A stretch of DNA of 64,000 bases from positions 88,784,001-88,848,000 of the forward strand of contig NC_059431.1 of NCBI RefSeq assembly GCF_021028975.2. The letters run 5' to 3'. Position 1 is the stretch's first letter. Every line of letters begins with the position of its first letter. The position numbers were made by a program, and so were the translations under genes. Origin of the DNA: Sphaerodactylus townsendi. Taxonomy: Eukaryota. Shown piece by piece: positions 12,513 to 25,183 of this stretch. The notes below the pieces were generated by a model. It searched no databases and had not been told where the DNA came from. It worked only from the letters and a program-made list of their open reading frames with translations.

Positions 12513-13793
12513 TAATATCCTTCTTGAACTGTGGTGCCCAGAACTGGACACAGTAGGTGAGGTTTGATCAATGCAGAATAGAGAGCTACTACTACATCCC
12601 TCAATCTAGACACTATACCCCTATTGATGTAGAACAGAATTGCATTGACTTTCTTGGATGCTGCATCACACTGCTGACTCATGTTTAGTTTATGGTCTAT
12701 TAAGATTCCCAGATCTCTTTCACGTGTACTGTTGTCAAGCCAGGTGTCACCTATTCTATATCTGTGCATTTCATTTTTTTCTGCTTAAGTGTAGTATCTT
12801 ACATTTATCTCTGTTGAAAATCATTTTATTACTTTTGACACAGTTCTCTCATCTGTCCAGGTCATTTGGAATTCTGACCCTGTCCTCTGGGGTATCACCC
12901 ATCCTAATGTGGTGTCATCTGCAAATGTGATTACCATGCCCTCTATTCCAATATATCCAATACACTGATAACAATATTGAATAGCACTTTGCCCAGGACA
13001 GAATCCTGTGGCACCCCACCAGTCACTTCTGTCTAGGACGAAGATGAGCCATTGGTGTTTGGTCAGACAACCTCTTTGGTCAGACAAACCATTTGGGTTT
13101 GGTCAGACAACCAATTACAAATCCATCTAACAGTAGCCTTGTCTAGCCCATATTTTACTAGCTTGCTTGCAAGAATATCATGAGACATCTTATGAAAGGC
13201 CTTACTAAAATCAAAGTATGCTATGTCTGCAGCATTCCCTTCATATACAAGCTTGTCACTCTATCAAAAAAAAAGAGATAAAATTAATCTGGCATGACTT
13301 ATTTTTGAAAAACCCATGTTGATAATGGCATTCCCTTCTAAGTGCTTACAGACTGTCTGTTTAATGATCTGCTCTAGAATCTTTCCTAGTATTGATGTCA
13401 GGCAGACTGGGTGCTAATTTTTTTGGTTCTGTCCCCCCCCCCCCATTTCGAAGATGGGGACAACATTAGTCCTCCATTTCTCTGCAACTTCTTCTGTTCT
13501 TTAAGAGAGCTCAAATATTATAGCAAGTAGTTCTGAGATTACTTCTGCCAGTTTTTTTAATACTCTGTGACATAGTTCATCAGGCATAGTTCATCAGGCC
13601 ATAACATTTGAGTTCATTTAAAGTAGCCAGGTATTCCTGTACTACTTCATGTGGTACTGAATTTCTCCTACTGCATCTTTTGTTCCATTTCTGCCAGTTT
13701 GAGTACTGTTTTCCTTTTGGGAGAAGACCAAGAAGGTGTTTAGTTCTGCCTTTTCTTCATCTACTGTTAGCATTTGCCATCAACTCCATATAG

Positions 13794-13933
13794 CCGTAGT
13801 GGCGAACCTTTGGCACTCCAGATGTTATGGACTACAATTCCCATCAGCCCCAATTGGCCATGCTGGCAGGGGCTGATGAGAATTGTGGTCCATAACATCT
13901 GGAGTGCCATAACATCTGGAGTGATAGTTACTG
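13794..13933. mobile_element. Palindromic hAT MITE (gtggcgaacctttggcactc subfamily) with a rearranged right end, inserted in CR1
   Basis: Same core as the 148-bp MITE. TSD ccatatag at 13786-13793 and 13934-13941. Confidence 0.85.
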
Positions 13934-16900
13934 CCATATAGTAACTATCATATCCTTTTTCTTCTTTTTGCCACAGATATAACAAAAATCCTTTTAAAAT
14001 TGTTTTTAATCTCTCTGGCAAGCCTGAGCTCATTCTGAGTTCAGCTTTTCTGACTTTTTTATTTACATGTCCTGGCTATTTGTTTGAATTCCTCTTTGGT
14101 GATTTCTCCCTTTTTCCGTTTCTTGTGCATATTTCTTTTAAATCTTAGCTCAGTTGAAAGTTCTTTAGACATCCATCCTGATTTCCTTAGATACCTCCCA
14201 TTTTTCCTCTTTATTGGAACTGTTTGCAATTGTGCCTTCAAGATCTCACTTTTAAGAAACTTCCATATCCATCATGCACTCCCTTCTGCTTTAGTATTCT
14301 TAAGCACTGGTCACTCCCAGTAGTTTCTGAGGGTTACTGAAATCCGCTTCTAGAATGTGTGTCTGATTATGCTTGGCATCCCCTTTCCACTGTATAACAA
14401 ACTCCAGGAGAATATGGTCACTCCCACTTAAGGATCCTGCCACTTCTACCCCATTAACCAGATCATCATGGTTGGTTAAGAGCAGATCTAATATAGGTGA
14501 TTCCCTTGTTACCTCTTCCAACTTCTGGACCATGAAGTTGTTTAAAAAAGAAATGAGGAATTTGTTGGACTTTATAGTCCTGGCAGAGTTTGATTCCCAA
14601 CAAATATCAGGATAATTGAAATCTCCCATTACTACTGCTTCTCTCTTTTCTGAAAGTTTGATTATTTGTTCCAGTTATGCACTCCCATGGGTCTCCACCA
14701 GCTCCCAGTCCATCATCCAAACTGTCTCCCATCTCATCTCCAGACGCCAATTCATATGGAATTGATGATCTGAAACTGGATGATGTAGGAATAGACTGGG
14801 ACCTATTGAGCGCAGCTTCTCGTTGATGTCTCTGTTGGAAAAGGGCCACATCCTGGGATGTCAGCCATTGTTGTGTGCCTGCTTAGAACAAGATACATTC
14901 CCAGGCCCCTGGGGATGGAGGCATGTAGCCCTATGCCCCAAAGGGCTACTGTGGGTCATCTGGCTGGTAGTCCCGGGCACCCCAGTTCATAGTTTCCTTC
15001 TCCAAGGAGGGATTCTGCAAGTCCCCCAAGGAAGGGGGCAGAGGGTATTGGCTATCATTGCCTGCCACCCTTGGAGAGGAGGCCACTCATGCCACGGCGG
15101 CTGGGGAGGCTCAGGTCTGCCAACCAGGGGAGTTTCCTTAGTCCACTCTAGCTCTGGCATCTCACTCCAGGGAGGGAGATTGAAGGTAAGATATAGGGAT
15201 CGACTCGCTTCTCAAGAGGATTGCCCATCTATGTGGTGGGCCTTTCTTGCTCTGGTGTCTTGAGGGGACTATAGGGCTCCCAGGGGAGCTGGCCTCTTTT
15301 AGAGGTGAGCATCGCCTTGCCAGCAAAAGCGATGTACTGTTAGTGCCTGACCTCATGAGGTGCTTGGTCTTCAGCTGGGCCTTTTTCAGAGGCTTTGAAG
15401 ACTGTCCCAAAATGTCAGCAGCAGTAGAGGTTCTCAGTCATGCCTTCTTTGGTGGGTTGAAGTATCTTGGTGCAGAGGGCCGGCTTAAGCTGAGTGGCTC
15501 TCTCTTTCTGCATCTTGCTGGAAAATATGCTACATGCCTTGCATGAAGCAGACTTTCTCCAAGACAGATCACATATTCCTTGTCATTGCCCAGTGGAGCA
15601 AGGGAGGAGCCGCAAGAATGACAGGCCTTTATGAGCACCATTTTGTCCCTCATGAGGAAGGTGCTTCACGTTCTCCAGAGAACTAACTATACTGAGGAAA
15701 AGAAAAATGCAAATAACACAAGAACAACACTAATTGGTAGTGTACTAATGGAAATAAAAACCTAAGAACACTATAAAGAAATTAAAATAAGAACAGAATA
15801 AAGATGGCCAGGCATAGCAAACTCTAAAAAATACAAACACTCCTCATAGCAGCAAACAGAGTTATGGAGAGAAGGAATGCATCCCTCCTCCCTAATCACA
15901 TGCCCTGGGCAGAGAAAGCAGATAGCCCAGGCTGTGACTGGGAGCGGGGAGTACTTAACTAATATCTATGAGCTTAAAATGCTGACTAAAAATGCTCTGT
16001 GGTAGGCCTGTATCAACACAGTCCCGTGTGGGACTGTACAGAAGCCGTGGTGATGAAAATCTGAATTCTAGAACCCTGAGAATCAAGGATAATTATTCTG
16101 TATTATTTCCTCATCCCTCTGCTCTTATAGAAATTAATGCACAGACTCTACCTTGAGGAATTTGAACCAGGAACCTCTGGGCCTCCCATGCAGAACTTAA
16201 TAGATAACCCTTCTATTTTTGACTGAGTGGACCCCTGGAAACATGGGTGCATTTTTGTGGATTTGGGGTGTGTGTGTGGAAATTATCATAACCACAATAG
16301 GTTCAACGAGCCAATATGTTTCCCATATTATCCTCCAGCATACTTCAGTCTTTAATGTGGAAGTAATTGTGAGAATTGCTGGTCTAGTGAATGTGACTGG
16401 TTTCAAAGAGCTGCACAGATTTTATGTTAAGGTCTCACATGATTAACGAAAGAAGGAACTTGTCAAGACAATTGAACTGCTTTAAACTTCATTATCTTGT
16501 CAATGTTATGGCAAAGGTTATATTGTTGACTTCAATACAGAATTTTTTTCAATTTTTTTCCTTGTCCTCACAATCTTTTTATAAAATTCTAGTGCGAATA
16601 TTGAAGCAGCCATTACACAAGATTAACCTGTATTAGATTCAGCTGTATGATTCACTATAATTGGCCTTGACTGTCATTCAGCCCCATTATGGCAAATTGT
16701 TCGTGGTACAGGAGATAAATGATAAATAGAAATTGTCATAACAAGTTTACCTAGCAAAAGCTAATTAGACTTTTCTCAAGTTAATTAGGATTCCATCTCT
16801 CTTTTTTTCCTGCAGAACCATCACTCCAAATGGCACATTTTTATTTTTTCCAAGTATTTTTCTCTGCTAAGATAACAATGCATTAGCTGCCTTATAAAAG

Positions 16901-17012
16901 AGCCAAGCTAGATGTGGATGCAACTGCTTAAATCTGAGGGTGCTAGTGAGGTATGATAGTATCATGAAGAAAATTACCTGGGGGAATAGACATAAGCCCA
17001 GTTTTGGGAATA

Positions 17013-17776
17013 CCGTATATACTCGTGCATAAACCGACTTTTTCAGCACATTTTTTATGCTGAAAAAGCCCCCCTCGGCTTATATTCAGGTCTTATACTC
17101 GAGTATATACGGTATTTATATATAACTGTATGTGCCCTAGCCTGTGGTGATAACCTCACACCAGCTATAGCTGAAGCTCTGTTTGTGTAACCCAGGGTCC
17201 ATTAGGGGGAGCTAAAGAGCTCAGATTTTCCATATAAGAAAGAAAAGGCTCCATTTCCTCAGAATTGTTCAGAGGCCTATAGCTGCATCAACAGTGCCAG
17301 AGGACTGTAAAGGATTGAGACCCTGCTAGTCTGTTTTGCATAGCAGGCCAGAACTATTATATGTTGATTATTGTTTCTGTATTGGTTTGCCATATTTCAT
17401 ATTTCAGGAGGAGGAATCCAGTTTTAAAGGATTTTAACTCTTGTGTTTTAGCTTGGTTGCTGATTGAGCTACTTTTTGTACTTTTTGTACTTTTAAAGTT
17501 ATTGTTGAGACCATATTGTTTTTGTTGACCCTCTTTTCCACTTACAGAGCTAGTTTACTGTTTTTCTTTGAAATAAATATTTAAAAATATTTAACCTACT
17601 GATGCCTCAATTAATGTAATTTTATTGGTATCTATTTTTATTTTTGAAATTTACCAGTAGCTGCTGCATTTCCCACCCTAGGCTTATATGTGAGTCAATA
17701 CGTTTTCCCAGTTTTTTGGGTTAAAATTAGGTGCCTTGGCTTATATTCAGGTCGGCTTATACTCGGGTATATACAG
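17013..17776. mobile_element. Tc1/mariner-superfamily (Tc2/pogo-like) non-autonomous DNA transposon
   Basis: Termini TA|ccgtatatactcg...cgggtatatacag|TA. An additional right-end copy (ctcgagtatatacgg|TA) lies at about 17090-17114. Confidence 0.75.
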
Positions 17777-18202
17777 TAGTTTAAAATTGCTACCTGCAAA
17801 CTCTAAAAATTGGACTCTGCCTTTTTTATTTACATGGCTGCCAAGAACTTCCATGAGCCCTTGGGCCAAGCTTCTCTCTGGGACCACATATTTGACTAAC
17901 TAGACCCAACTAGTAAAGAAATCATATGACTTGCCCAGTCCCATAGGACTGCCCCCCCCCCGGTGGGGGGGGGGGGGGGGGAATTATCACTGCAGAAAAC
18001 ATAATTTTCAGAACCCTTTCTCTGGGTTCTTCTGCAATTCCATCTACCCTGGTATAACGGAGAATGCCTGGAGCAATTAGGCTACAGCAGTTTTTAAAAA
18101 TCTCTCTCATGATTCTTTTATAGTATGTTAAATAGTTGCAGTGGAATACGGGTATAGATCATATGCCTGGCCTGTAGCACTGCAAAAATGCTTCTTATCA
18201 AA

Positions 18203-18343
18203 GGCTCATTCCGCACATGCAGAATAATGCACTTTCAAACTGCTTTCAGTGCTCTTTGAAGCTGTGCGGAATAGCAAAATCAACTTGCAAACAGTTGTGA
18301 AAGTGGTTTGAAAATGCATTATTTTGCGTGTGCGGAAGGGGCC
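18203..18343. mobile_element. PIF/Harbinger-type MITE
   Basis: Inverted termini ggctcattccgcacatgcagaataatgca...tgcattattttgcgtgtgcggaaggggcc, followed by TAA. Confidence 0.75.
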
Positions 18344-19980
18344 TAAGAAATAAATTGAGGGGGTATATAGGAATAGTAGCAGCATACCAGCATACCTTTG
18401 GAATGAGAAAGGGGCAGAGACAACATTTGTCTGGGGGCCCATCGTGGTTCTGAAGTCTGGGTATGACCTTAGGTTAACTGCTGTCTTTTAACCTCAACCC
18501 TTTTAACCTCAAAGCTCTTCTTGAAGCATGAGAATAAATAATAATATCAGCCTACTTCATTGTATGGATTACAGGATAATGTTTTGAATACTGAAGGCCC
18601 TCTGTAAATGTTCAGCATTATATTTATGCATGGCGGCTTGCTTGATGCAATCAGTTTAATTACCATTAACTTTACTGTACATGTTAAACTTGGTTTGGTC
18701 TCTAGCATTCAGGGTATGTACTGATCATCTTCATGGGTCACTTTGTGTTTTGAATAAAATACCATTCTGGCTGTACAAACTCACCCCACGCAGCTTGTAA
18801 ATTTAAAAAAAACAACCCTGCTTCAATATTCTTGTAAGTTTTACATGTACAGGTTCTGATCCGCTTTATGCTAGTAGAGCTATTCAATGGGCAATATTTT
18901 CCACACAGTGGCAGTAGTGAGTCACATAGGCCTGACAACAGACCTTAAAAGCATAATATTCATTATACAGGAAAGAGAGAGACTAACCAGTTAAAGAACA
19001 AGCAATCACCAGGAAATCTCTGACAGGCAGATGTGACTTGCCTCAATTATGGAATTGCCTCAATTATGGAATACTGTTTTTCTGACTGGTCCTAAGATCT
19101 CTGCTCAAAGTAACAGAACTATCTTTTCTAGCAATAATTTGTATTTTTACCCTTCACCATAGGCTGGGCATTTGTTTCCCTCAGGTGGGTGGCAACTACC
19201 ATAGGCTCTCTAAAAAAAAACCTCATTTCCTCCTCTAAAATGTGTTTTGATCCTTGATTTAATCAAGGGCACTGATGTGAATCTTCTCAAGCCTCAAGAA
19301 AAGCACAGTTTTTCTTTGGCCATGAATAGTTTTGGTAAGATAATATCACCATATTGCATCATGTTATCAGGTTTTATCCAGCATTTCAGTAGTAGAAGAC
19401 ATAAACACAGTTATCAGAGGCACATTGGAAAGTGTAGATGTGTCTGAAGATGAGAGAGGGTGAGAGAGCTAACATCTCAGCTGGTGTAAATCAATAGGGT
19501 AGGAATAGTGGCAATGACAGCAATAGTAGACTAGAAAAGACTGTGAGAGCATTATAACTTGAAAGGTACAGTAGCTGTTGGAAGCAAGAACTTAATTTCA
19601 GTCAGGACTGTGTCATAGAGCCGCCTTAGCCCTTTGAAGGATTATGTCCAGCCCAACCTGGGCAAGTTATGAGATAACCCATAATAGGTCTATTCAGAAG
19701 CATACCCAGGACTACACAACTGGGACTTATTTGCAGGAAAGTATCCTTGGGATTGCACTGCTAGTCCCGTGGGGTTTAATCCTAAATAGGCAACTATAGG
19801 AAAACATTGTTTCCAAGAATATGAGAAAAATATTTCTGCTGCCATTTAGTTACAGTTATTGAACAAGGGGAAGAACTTATCTAAAATGGGATTTATAGGT
19901 TCATTCCTCCTTGACAGCCACACTTTCAGGCAAGATGTAGCCAATTATCTCTTTTGTGGAAACAGGGAAAGAGAAAACAC

Positions 19981-20270
19981 ACTGTAGGGGTTAAGAGCAG
20001 GTAGATTCCAATTGAGAGAACATGTTTTGATTTCCTGCTCCTCCACATGAGAGGCCAACACTAATCTGGTGTACCAAGTTTGTTTCCCCACTCCTACACA
20101 TAAAGCATGTTGGGTGACCTTTGCTTAGTTACAGTTCTCTCAGGACTCTCTCCACCTCACCTACCTCACAAGCTGTCTATTGTGAGGAGGAGGGAAGGAA
20201 TTGCTAAGCCACTTTGAGCCTCCTTATGGTTGAGGAATGCAAGGTATAAATCAAAACTCTTTTCTTCTTC
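19981..20270 (+). mobile_element. tRNA-headed SINE with L2-related 3' end (squamate Squam3-like)
   Basis: tgtaggggttaagag (A-box-like), tttgatttcc (B-box-like), a gggtgaccttg core, taagccactttgag..gtataaat, and a (TTC)n tail. Confidence 0.7.
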
Positions 20271-20430
20271 TGTAGTCCTTTTTGGATGTTAAAGGAATAG
20301 AATGAATATGTGAGCAGGATTTAGAGTTGTCAGCTGGAGAAAAATGTTCTGTTCCTTTAATTTAATGAGCAAGTGGAGCTTTTCATAGCATTTATGTAAA
20401 TAACATCCCATTGGGTCTCTGAGGAACAAG

Positions 20431-20798
20431 CCCTGGTGTAGCAAGAGGGGAACAACGGGACAAGAGCCCTGGGCGCCACTTCCTGGGGTGCACAGGGCCA
20501 TGTCCTCCCTCTTGCAACTGCATCACAGTTAAAACACCAACCACGTGGAGTTTGACGTGTGGGGTCAATTGCCCTATCCGAATCTCCACATGGAGCTAGT
20601 TGCTAGTAGAATAAAACTAGAGTCAGTCAGCCTTCGGTGCTCAGCTGGCTCCTAGCCTCAGCAAGACTTGAGGCCAGCTGAGACCAGTACCAAACAGGCT
20701 GGTTTGAATTCCATGTGCAGATTGATGCAGAGCAGCTGGGGGGCAGGTTCAGCACCTGGGTTGAGCCATGGGTGCTGCTTTAGCAAGCTATGCCCCTG
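20431..20798. mobile_element. Old hAT-type MITE
   Basis: Degenerate termini ccctggtgtagc...gctatgcccctg. The flanks ggaacaag and ggcaaaag match at 6 of 8 positions. Confidence 0.45.
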
Positions 20799-22349
20799 GG
20801 CAAAAGGCACTTTTCTCCTGTTCAACTGGCAGCCCTAAGAAATCAGAGTAATGGAGTCAGGCTCCACTGTGATTTATGCTTTGCCTAGCAGTTAAATTTC
20901 AGTGGTTTGATGCCAGGAAAATTAGGGGGGGAAATTCCACATATAGTGTTATGAAAAGGGGGCAGGGAGGGAGATTCAGGCCCACTTTCATCTGGCAGAC
21001 TCTGAACTCCTGTTGCCTGTTGGATATGAAGTCCTTGAAGCAGACATGAAAATGTTATAGCATGTGAATGGACTTCCTCTGTGACTTCAGTGCATACACA
21101 TGCTTGCATGTGGTGACTACTGTCCATGTAGATGAGAGATGTGAGACAATTATCTGGCACTAATAGTATTTTATATTTTTAACATTAATTTCTGTGTTCT
21201 TTTAAAATATTTTTGTGTGGCAAATTACCTGTTACATCAAAGCCCTATGAAACATATTCACAGGTACCTCATGAAATAAATTCATAGTGGTACATAGAAT
21301 ACTGACATTAGTCCACATGTTCACTGTGACGTCACCAGAGCTCCTCACCCTGTGGCTCTCAGGATTTGAGGAACTGGTGACTAGTTATATATGGCATGCA
21401 AAGCATCAAACAGCTGATTTTTTAATATTAGAAAGAGAATGCCAAATTGATTTAAATATAGGTAATAATGGGTCCACATCAAATTCCAGTTAAATATTTG
21501 TTTTTGAAGCTGACAAGAGGTGATAATTTGTCACGTCAAATTGCCATGTGTGTTAATCAGGGAGGGCATGGGTGAGTGGGAAAGGAACTAAAAATGTATT
21601 ACTGTTAAATTGAAAATAAACCTTTGTTTTTGAAGCCAAGGAAGGTATGGCACCTTGCCCGGTATTCTGGACCACTGTGGCTCAGCTATCATTGGCAGTC
21701 TACTTCTAAATGTAATTCATATAATATCCCTTGCCTTGGACATAGCTAGCGTTCTTTAGTTTGCATACCACTGACAATAAGGGGATTCTGTACTGAAGGA
21801 TCTCTTTCTCTCTACTTAGCTGCACTAATAGTTTAATTAGAGCTGGGTGACTAATTCATTATGAATAATTTATCCGACAAATTTAGCCTTGTTTCCTGTA
21901 CCACAAGTAGCCCAGATTTCCTTGAACTTATTCATTATTCAAAATTATGTAATAAACTGTTTAAAAATAAAAATTAAATACATCGATAGGCCAGTTTTTG
22001 CTGTGGAAGCTGTATGAGTTCACAGTGGCTACCTTGGGAAAATGTGCCATGAACAACAGCAACAGGAACAAAAGGCTAACAAGTTTCTGCTTTGAATACA
22101 CAGCTCTTGAAAAGGACATAGAGACTCCTTTTACTATTCATGAGGGCCTGCCAATTAGAAAGTAATTTGCTGTAAATATTTTTTGTCATTAAAATGCAAA
22201 TATATGAATGCATATACAGCACTTCAGAATTCACTGAATATCAATATATCTGATTCTCATCATGGGAAAAAAAGATGTTCCATGAATGTCCTTTTGGGGT
22301 CTAGGAAGTCAGCATTGCTGAACTGGGCTTGGTCTCCTGGCCAGCACCA

Positions 22350-22575
22350 TTTATTTTATTTAATTATATTCCACCTACCTCCTTAATGTGGACACAAAAT
22401 CTCTTACATTATGTTCTCCTCCATATTACCACAGGATTTCTGTGAGGTAAGTTGGGCTGAGAGTGACCGACTCAAGGTCACCCAGAGAGCTTCTGTGGTA
22501 CAAGTGGAGAATCAAACCAGGATCTCCCAGATATGAGTTTGACTCTTTAACTATACATCACATTGGCCCACACTG
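22350..22575 (-). mobile_element. tRNA-headed SINE, diverged
   Basis: Contains the core ctgtgaggtaagttgggctgagagtgac..ctcaaggtcaccca..gaatcaaaccag..ctcttaactatac, the reverse of the 19981 SINE type, with a (TTTTA) tail. Confidence 0.6.
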
Positions 22576-22878
22576 CAAGTGGACCATAGTTTGCCCAGGA
22601 TGAGACTGCCAAAGGAAGGGAAGGAGAAAAGCTGATGATGGGAAAGTTTACTGAGTGACATTTGCCAGTCACACACCCATAGACTAACATGAAGGAGTTG
22701 CATGTCCCTTTTTATTGGGGAGAAAGGAAGGTTATAAATGGAGTACAATAAAATGAAGTAAATAACTCTTTCTGGGAAAAGACAGATTATGATGCTTTCT
22801 GCAAGAGAAACACTTAAAGAAGCTGCAAGGGTTGGCCACTCTTGAAATCTAATTTGGATAACTCAGTATATCCTAGTG

Positions 22879-23026
22879 CAGGGGTCTGCAACCTGCAGCT
22901 CTCCAGATGTTCATGGACTACAATTCCCATCAGCCCCTGCCACGATGGACAATTGGCCATAGTGGCAGCGGCTGATGGGAATTGTAGTCCATGAACATCT
23001 GGAGAGCTGCAGGTTGCAGACCCCTG
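22879..23026. mobile_element. 148-bp palindromic hAT MITE (gtctgcaacc subfamily)
   Basis: Inverted repeat with exact TSD tcctagtg at 22871-22878 and 23027-23034. Confidence 0.95.
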
Positions 23027-23242
23027 TCCTAGTGCAAATAGCCAGTCTCAAGGAGAAATGTTCATCAGGTGTGTGGGAATGTCCTTTCTGCATTACTATT
23101 GCTCTTTCCCCAGCCAAGCCCAAAGGAGAATCCCAGCTGTGAATCCTCTTCCACTTGCTTTAAAGCAGATCTTATAAGAGAGGGTGAGCCAGGGAGCTTC
23201 CAGGTTAATCACCTCCATTTTTCTTTTGCAGTTGGTCTAAAT

Positions 23243-23438
23243 CAGGGGTAGGGAACCTGTGGCTCTCCAGATGTTCAGGAACTACAATTCCCATCAGCCT
23301 CTGTCAGCATGGCCAATTATGGCCAATTCCCATCAGCCTCTGTCAGCATGGCCAATTATTCCAATTGGCCATGCTGGTAGGGGCTGATGGGAATTGTAGT
23401 TCCTGAACATCTGGAGAGCCGCAGGTTCCCTACCCCTG
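23243..23438. mobile_element. Palindromic hAT MITE with internal duplication (196 bp)
   Basis: Exact TSD gtctaaat at 23235-23242 and 23439-23446. The segment caattcccatcagcctctgtcagcatggccaattat occurs twice. Confidence 0.95.
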
Positions 23439-24649
23439 GTCTAAATGGATTGCACACAGTGGTGCTTGGGGTGGGAGAGTGAAATTTTTCATGCAAAAAT
23501 GGATGGAGTGGATGGTGTGAGTGTATTAGGTGTGAGTGTAATCTGATATGCTGCTGCCTAGGGCAGGAGTGCAGAAGGAGGCAAAATGTACATACACACA
23601 GTATCATAACCACCACTAGAAGAGGTAGTCTTGACATTGTCTCACTTCAAGTGGGCAATGCTCTGTTGGTTCAGCCCTCCCATCCTCCCTTTCATTCAGG
23701 CTGGGAGGAGACCTGTAGGAGGTAGAAACACATTGCATGATACATTAACATCTTGTCCAGGCATCAGCTGACATTCTGGAATAACTCTCAAACTCTATGG
23801 TAGCACCACAAAGTTTGGGGGAGGGGTGTCAACTGACCCACTGACATTTTTGAGGTTTTGTCTAGGTGTGATGTTAAGGCATCATATAATGTCATGGCTA
23901 CACCTTGCCCTATACCAAAAGGTTTGGGGGGTTCAGGGTGGCAACATGGCAACCATAAGAACAATATTCTAAACCAATTGAGAATTTTGAGATTCTGATA
24001 TATAATCTGGCAACATCTAAACTGAATAGTTTCAAAAAGTGGCAGAGGACAACAGATGGGCCTTCTGTCTGGTAACCAGCCATCAATGAACAAGGTGTGT
24101 TTTCTAGTTGTCTGTCAACCCCACAGGCCTGCTCAAGGTATCCTGTCACCTCAAGCAGAGTAGAATTCTGCTGCTCCCCAGAATGCCATTATTTCCTGAG
24201 CACACATCATGGGGCTCATGAAATAGCTTAAATTTTCTGAGATATAATGTTCTGTTCTTTTCCTTTTTACATTTTCTTTAACATTAATTGACTGCATTAG
24301 CAGACTGGGTTTTAATAGATGTTACAGTTGTTTTCATTCTTATAAACAAAAAGGAGTTTTGTGGCACCTCAAAGACTAACAAATCAAGTGCAGCATAAAT
24401 AACTGCTGAATTAGAATATAACGGGAGATGCAGTTGTGTTGTTTACATTGACTCAACTAACAGCTGCTGTGAATGGGCACTGTGCTTATGTTAAAAATCT
24501 TTAGAATTTTGTATGGCAATGTTACAAAGTGTACTTTCTCCATTTCTATTCACACTTTTCCCTTGTCTGTATTTATTAGTGTAGTTATATCTGCCAGCTG
24601 ATAACTCAGTTCATATTGAGGATCTGCTGTAATCATCATCATCATCATT

Positions 24650-25124
24650 CCCTCATGGGCACCCCCTTGTCATGGGAGAGGGACTTGTGTATTTTGATGT
24701 TGAGAGCAATACTGGAGGTATACTGCCAGAAGGGCTCCCAAGCCAGACAGGTCTCAACTGAGAAACCAGACTAAGAGTGTCCACCAATATGGTGATAAAA
24801 ATGAAAAATAATTCCATACTGCACTGGTTGTTGGGCAGGTTAACAAGGGCCACGTTGCATTGTGGGGTCCCTGGGCATGCATCGACAAGTGGGCTACAAG
24901 TGGATCCAAAAGAAACACATTAGTCTCCTGTGTTTGGGGTCCCTCTACCATCTATGGGACTCTTTCCCCCTCTTTGGGAGGGTTTTAATAAGGATTTTAT
25001 TGCTGACGCTGTTTTTATATGCTGACCGCTGTGTTTAATTTAAATAGGTTTTTAATTGTATGTTATATAACTATGTTGTTCACCGCCCAGAGCCCCTTGG
25101 GGGTAGGGCGGTATAAAAAACTTC

Positions 25125-25183
<59 letters not shown>

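Larger units (their letters stand above)
12001..14670 (-). mobile_element. CR1 LINE, 5'-truncated, decayed ORF2 (endonuclease to C-terminus)
   Basis: Endonuclease motifs MGDFNYPDICW..ILDLLLTN..GSDH (14300-14629); RT motif FADDT (12821-13087); ERDLGILIDHKLNMSQQC; SYEERLREL..LEKRR.RGDMI. The 3' tail repeat gaatagaatcatggaatcatagag is at 12001. Confidence 0.93.
8670..16058 (-). mobile_element. DIRS-type (tyrosine recombinase) retrotransposon, decayed and interrupted by nested insertions
   Basis: Domain order on the minus strand: gag N-terminus with Cys motif CHSC..VICLGE (15438-15653); RT with GFFSWYFLVQK..PILALRGLN, FPFGLSSSPRMFTKV and YLDDWL (11040-11890); RNase H and the following domain with TDNIVAKFCIN..G.GS, N.WANELSR, IDLF and LIAPFWPRRPWF (9732-10330); tyrosine recombinase with SLDLRQALSYYIDRTKSFRK and HSTKA (8670-9730). 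Confidence 0.85.
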
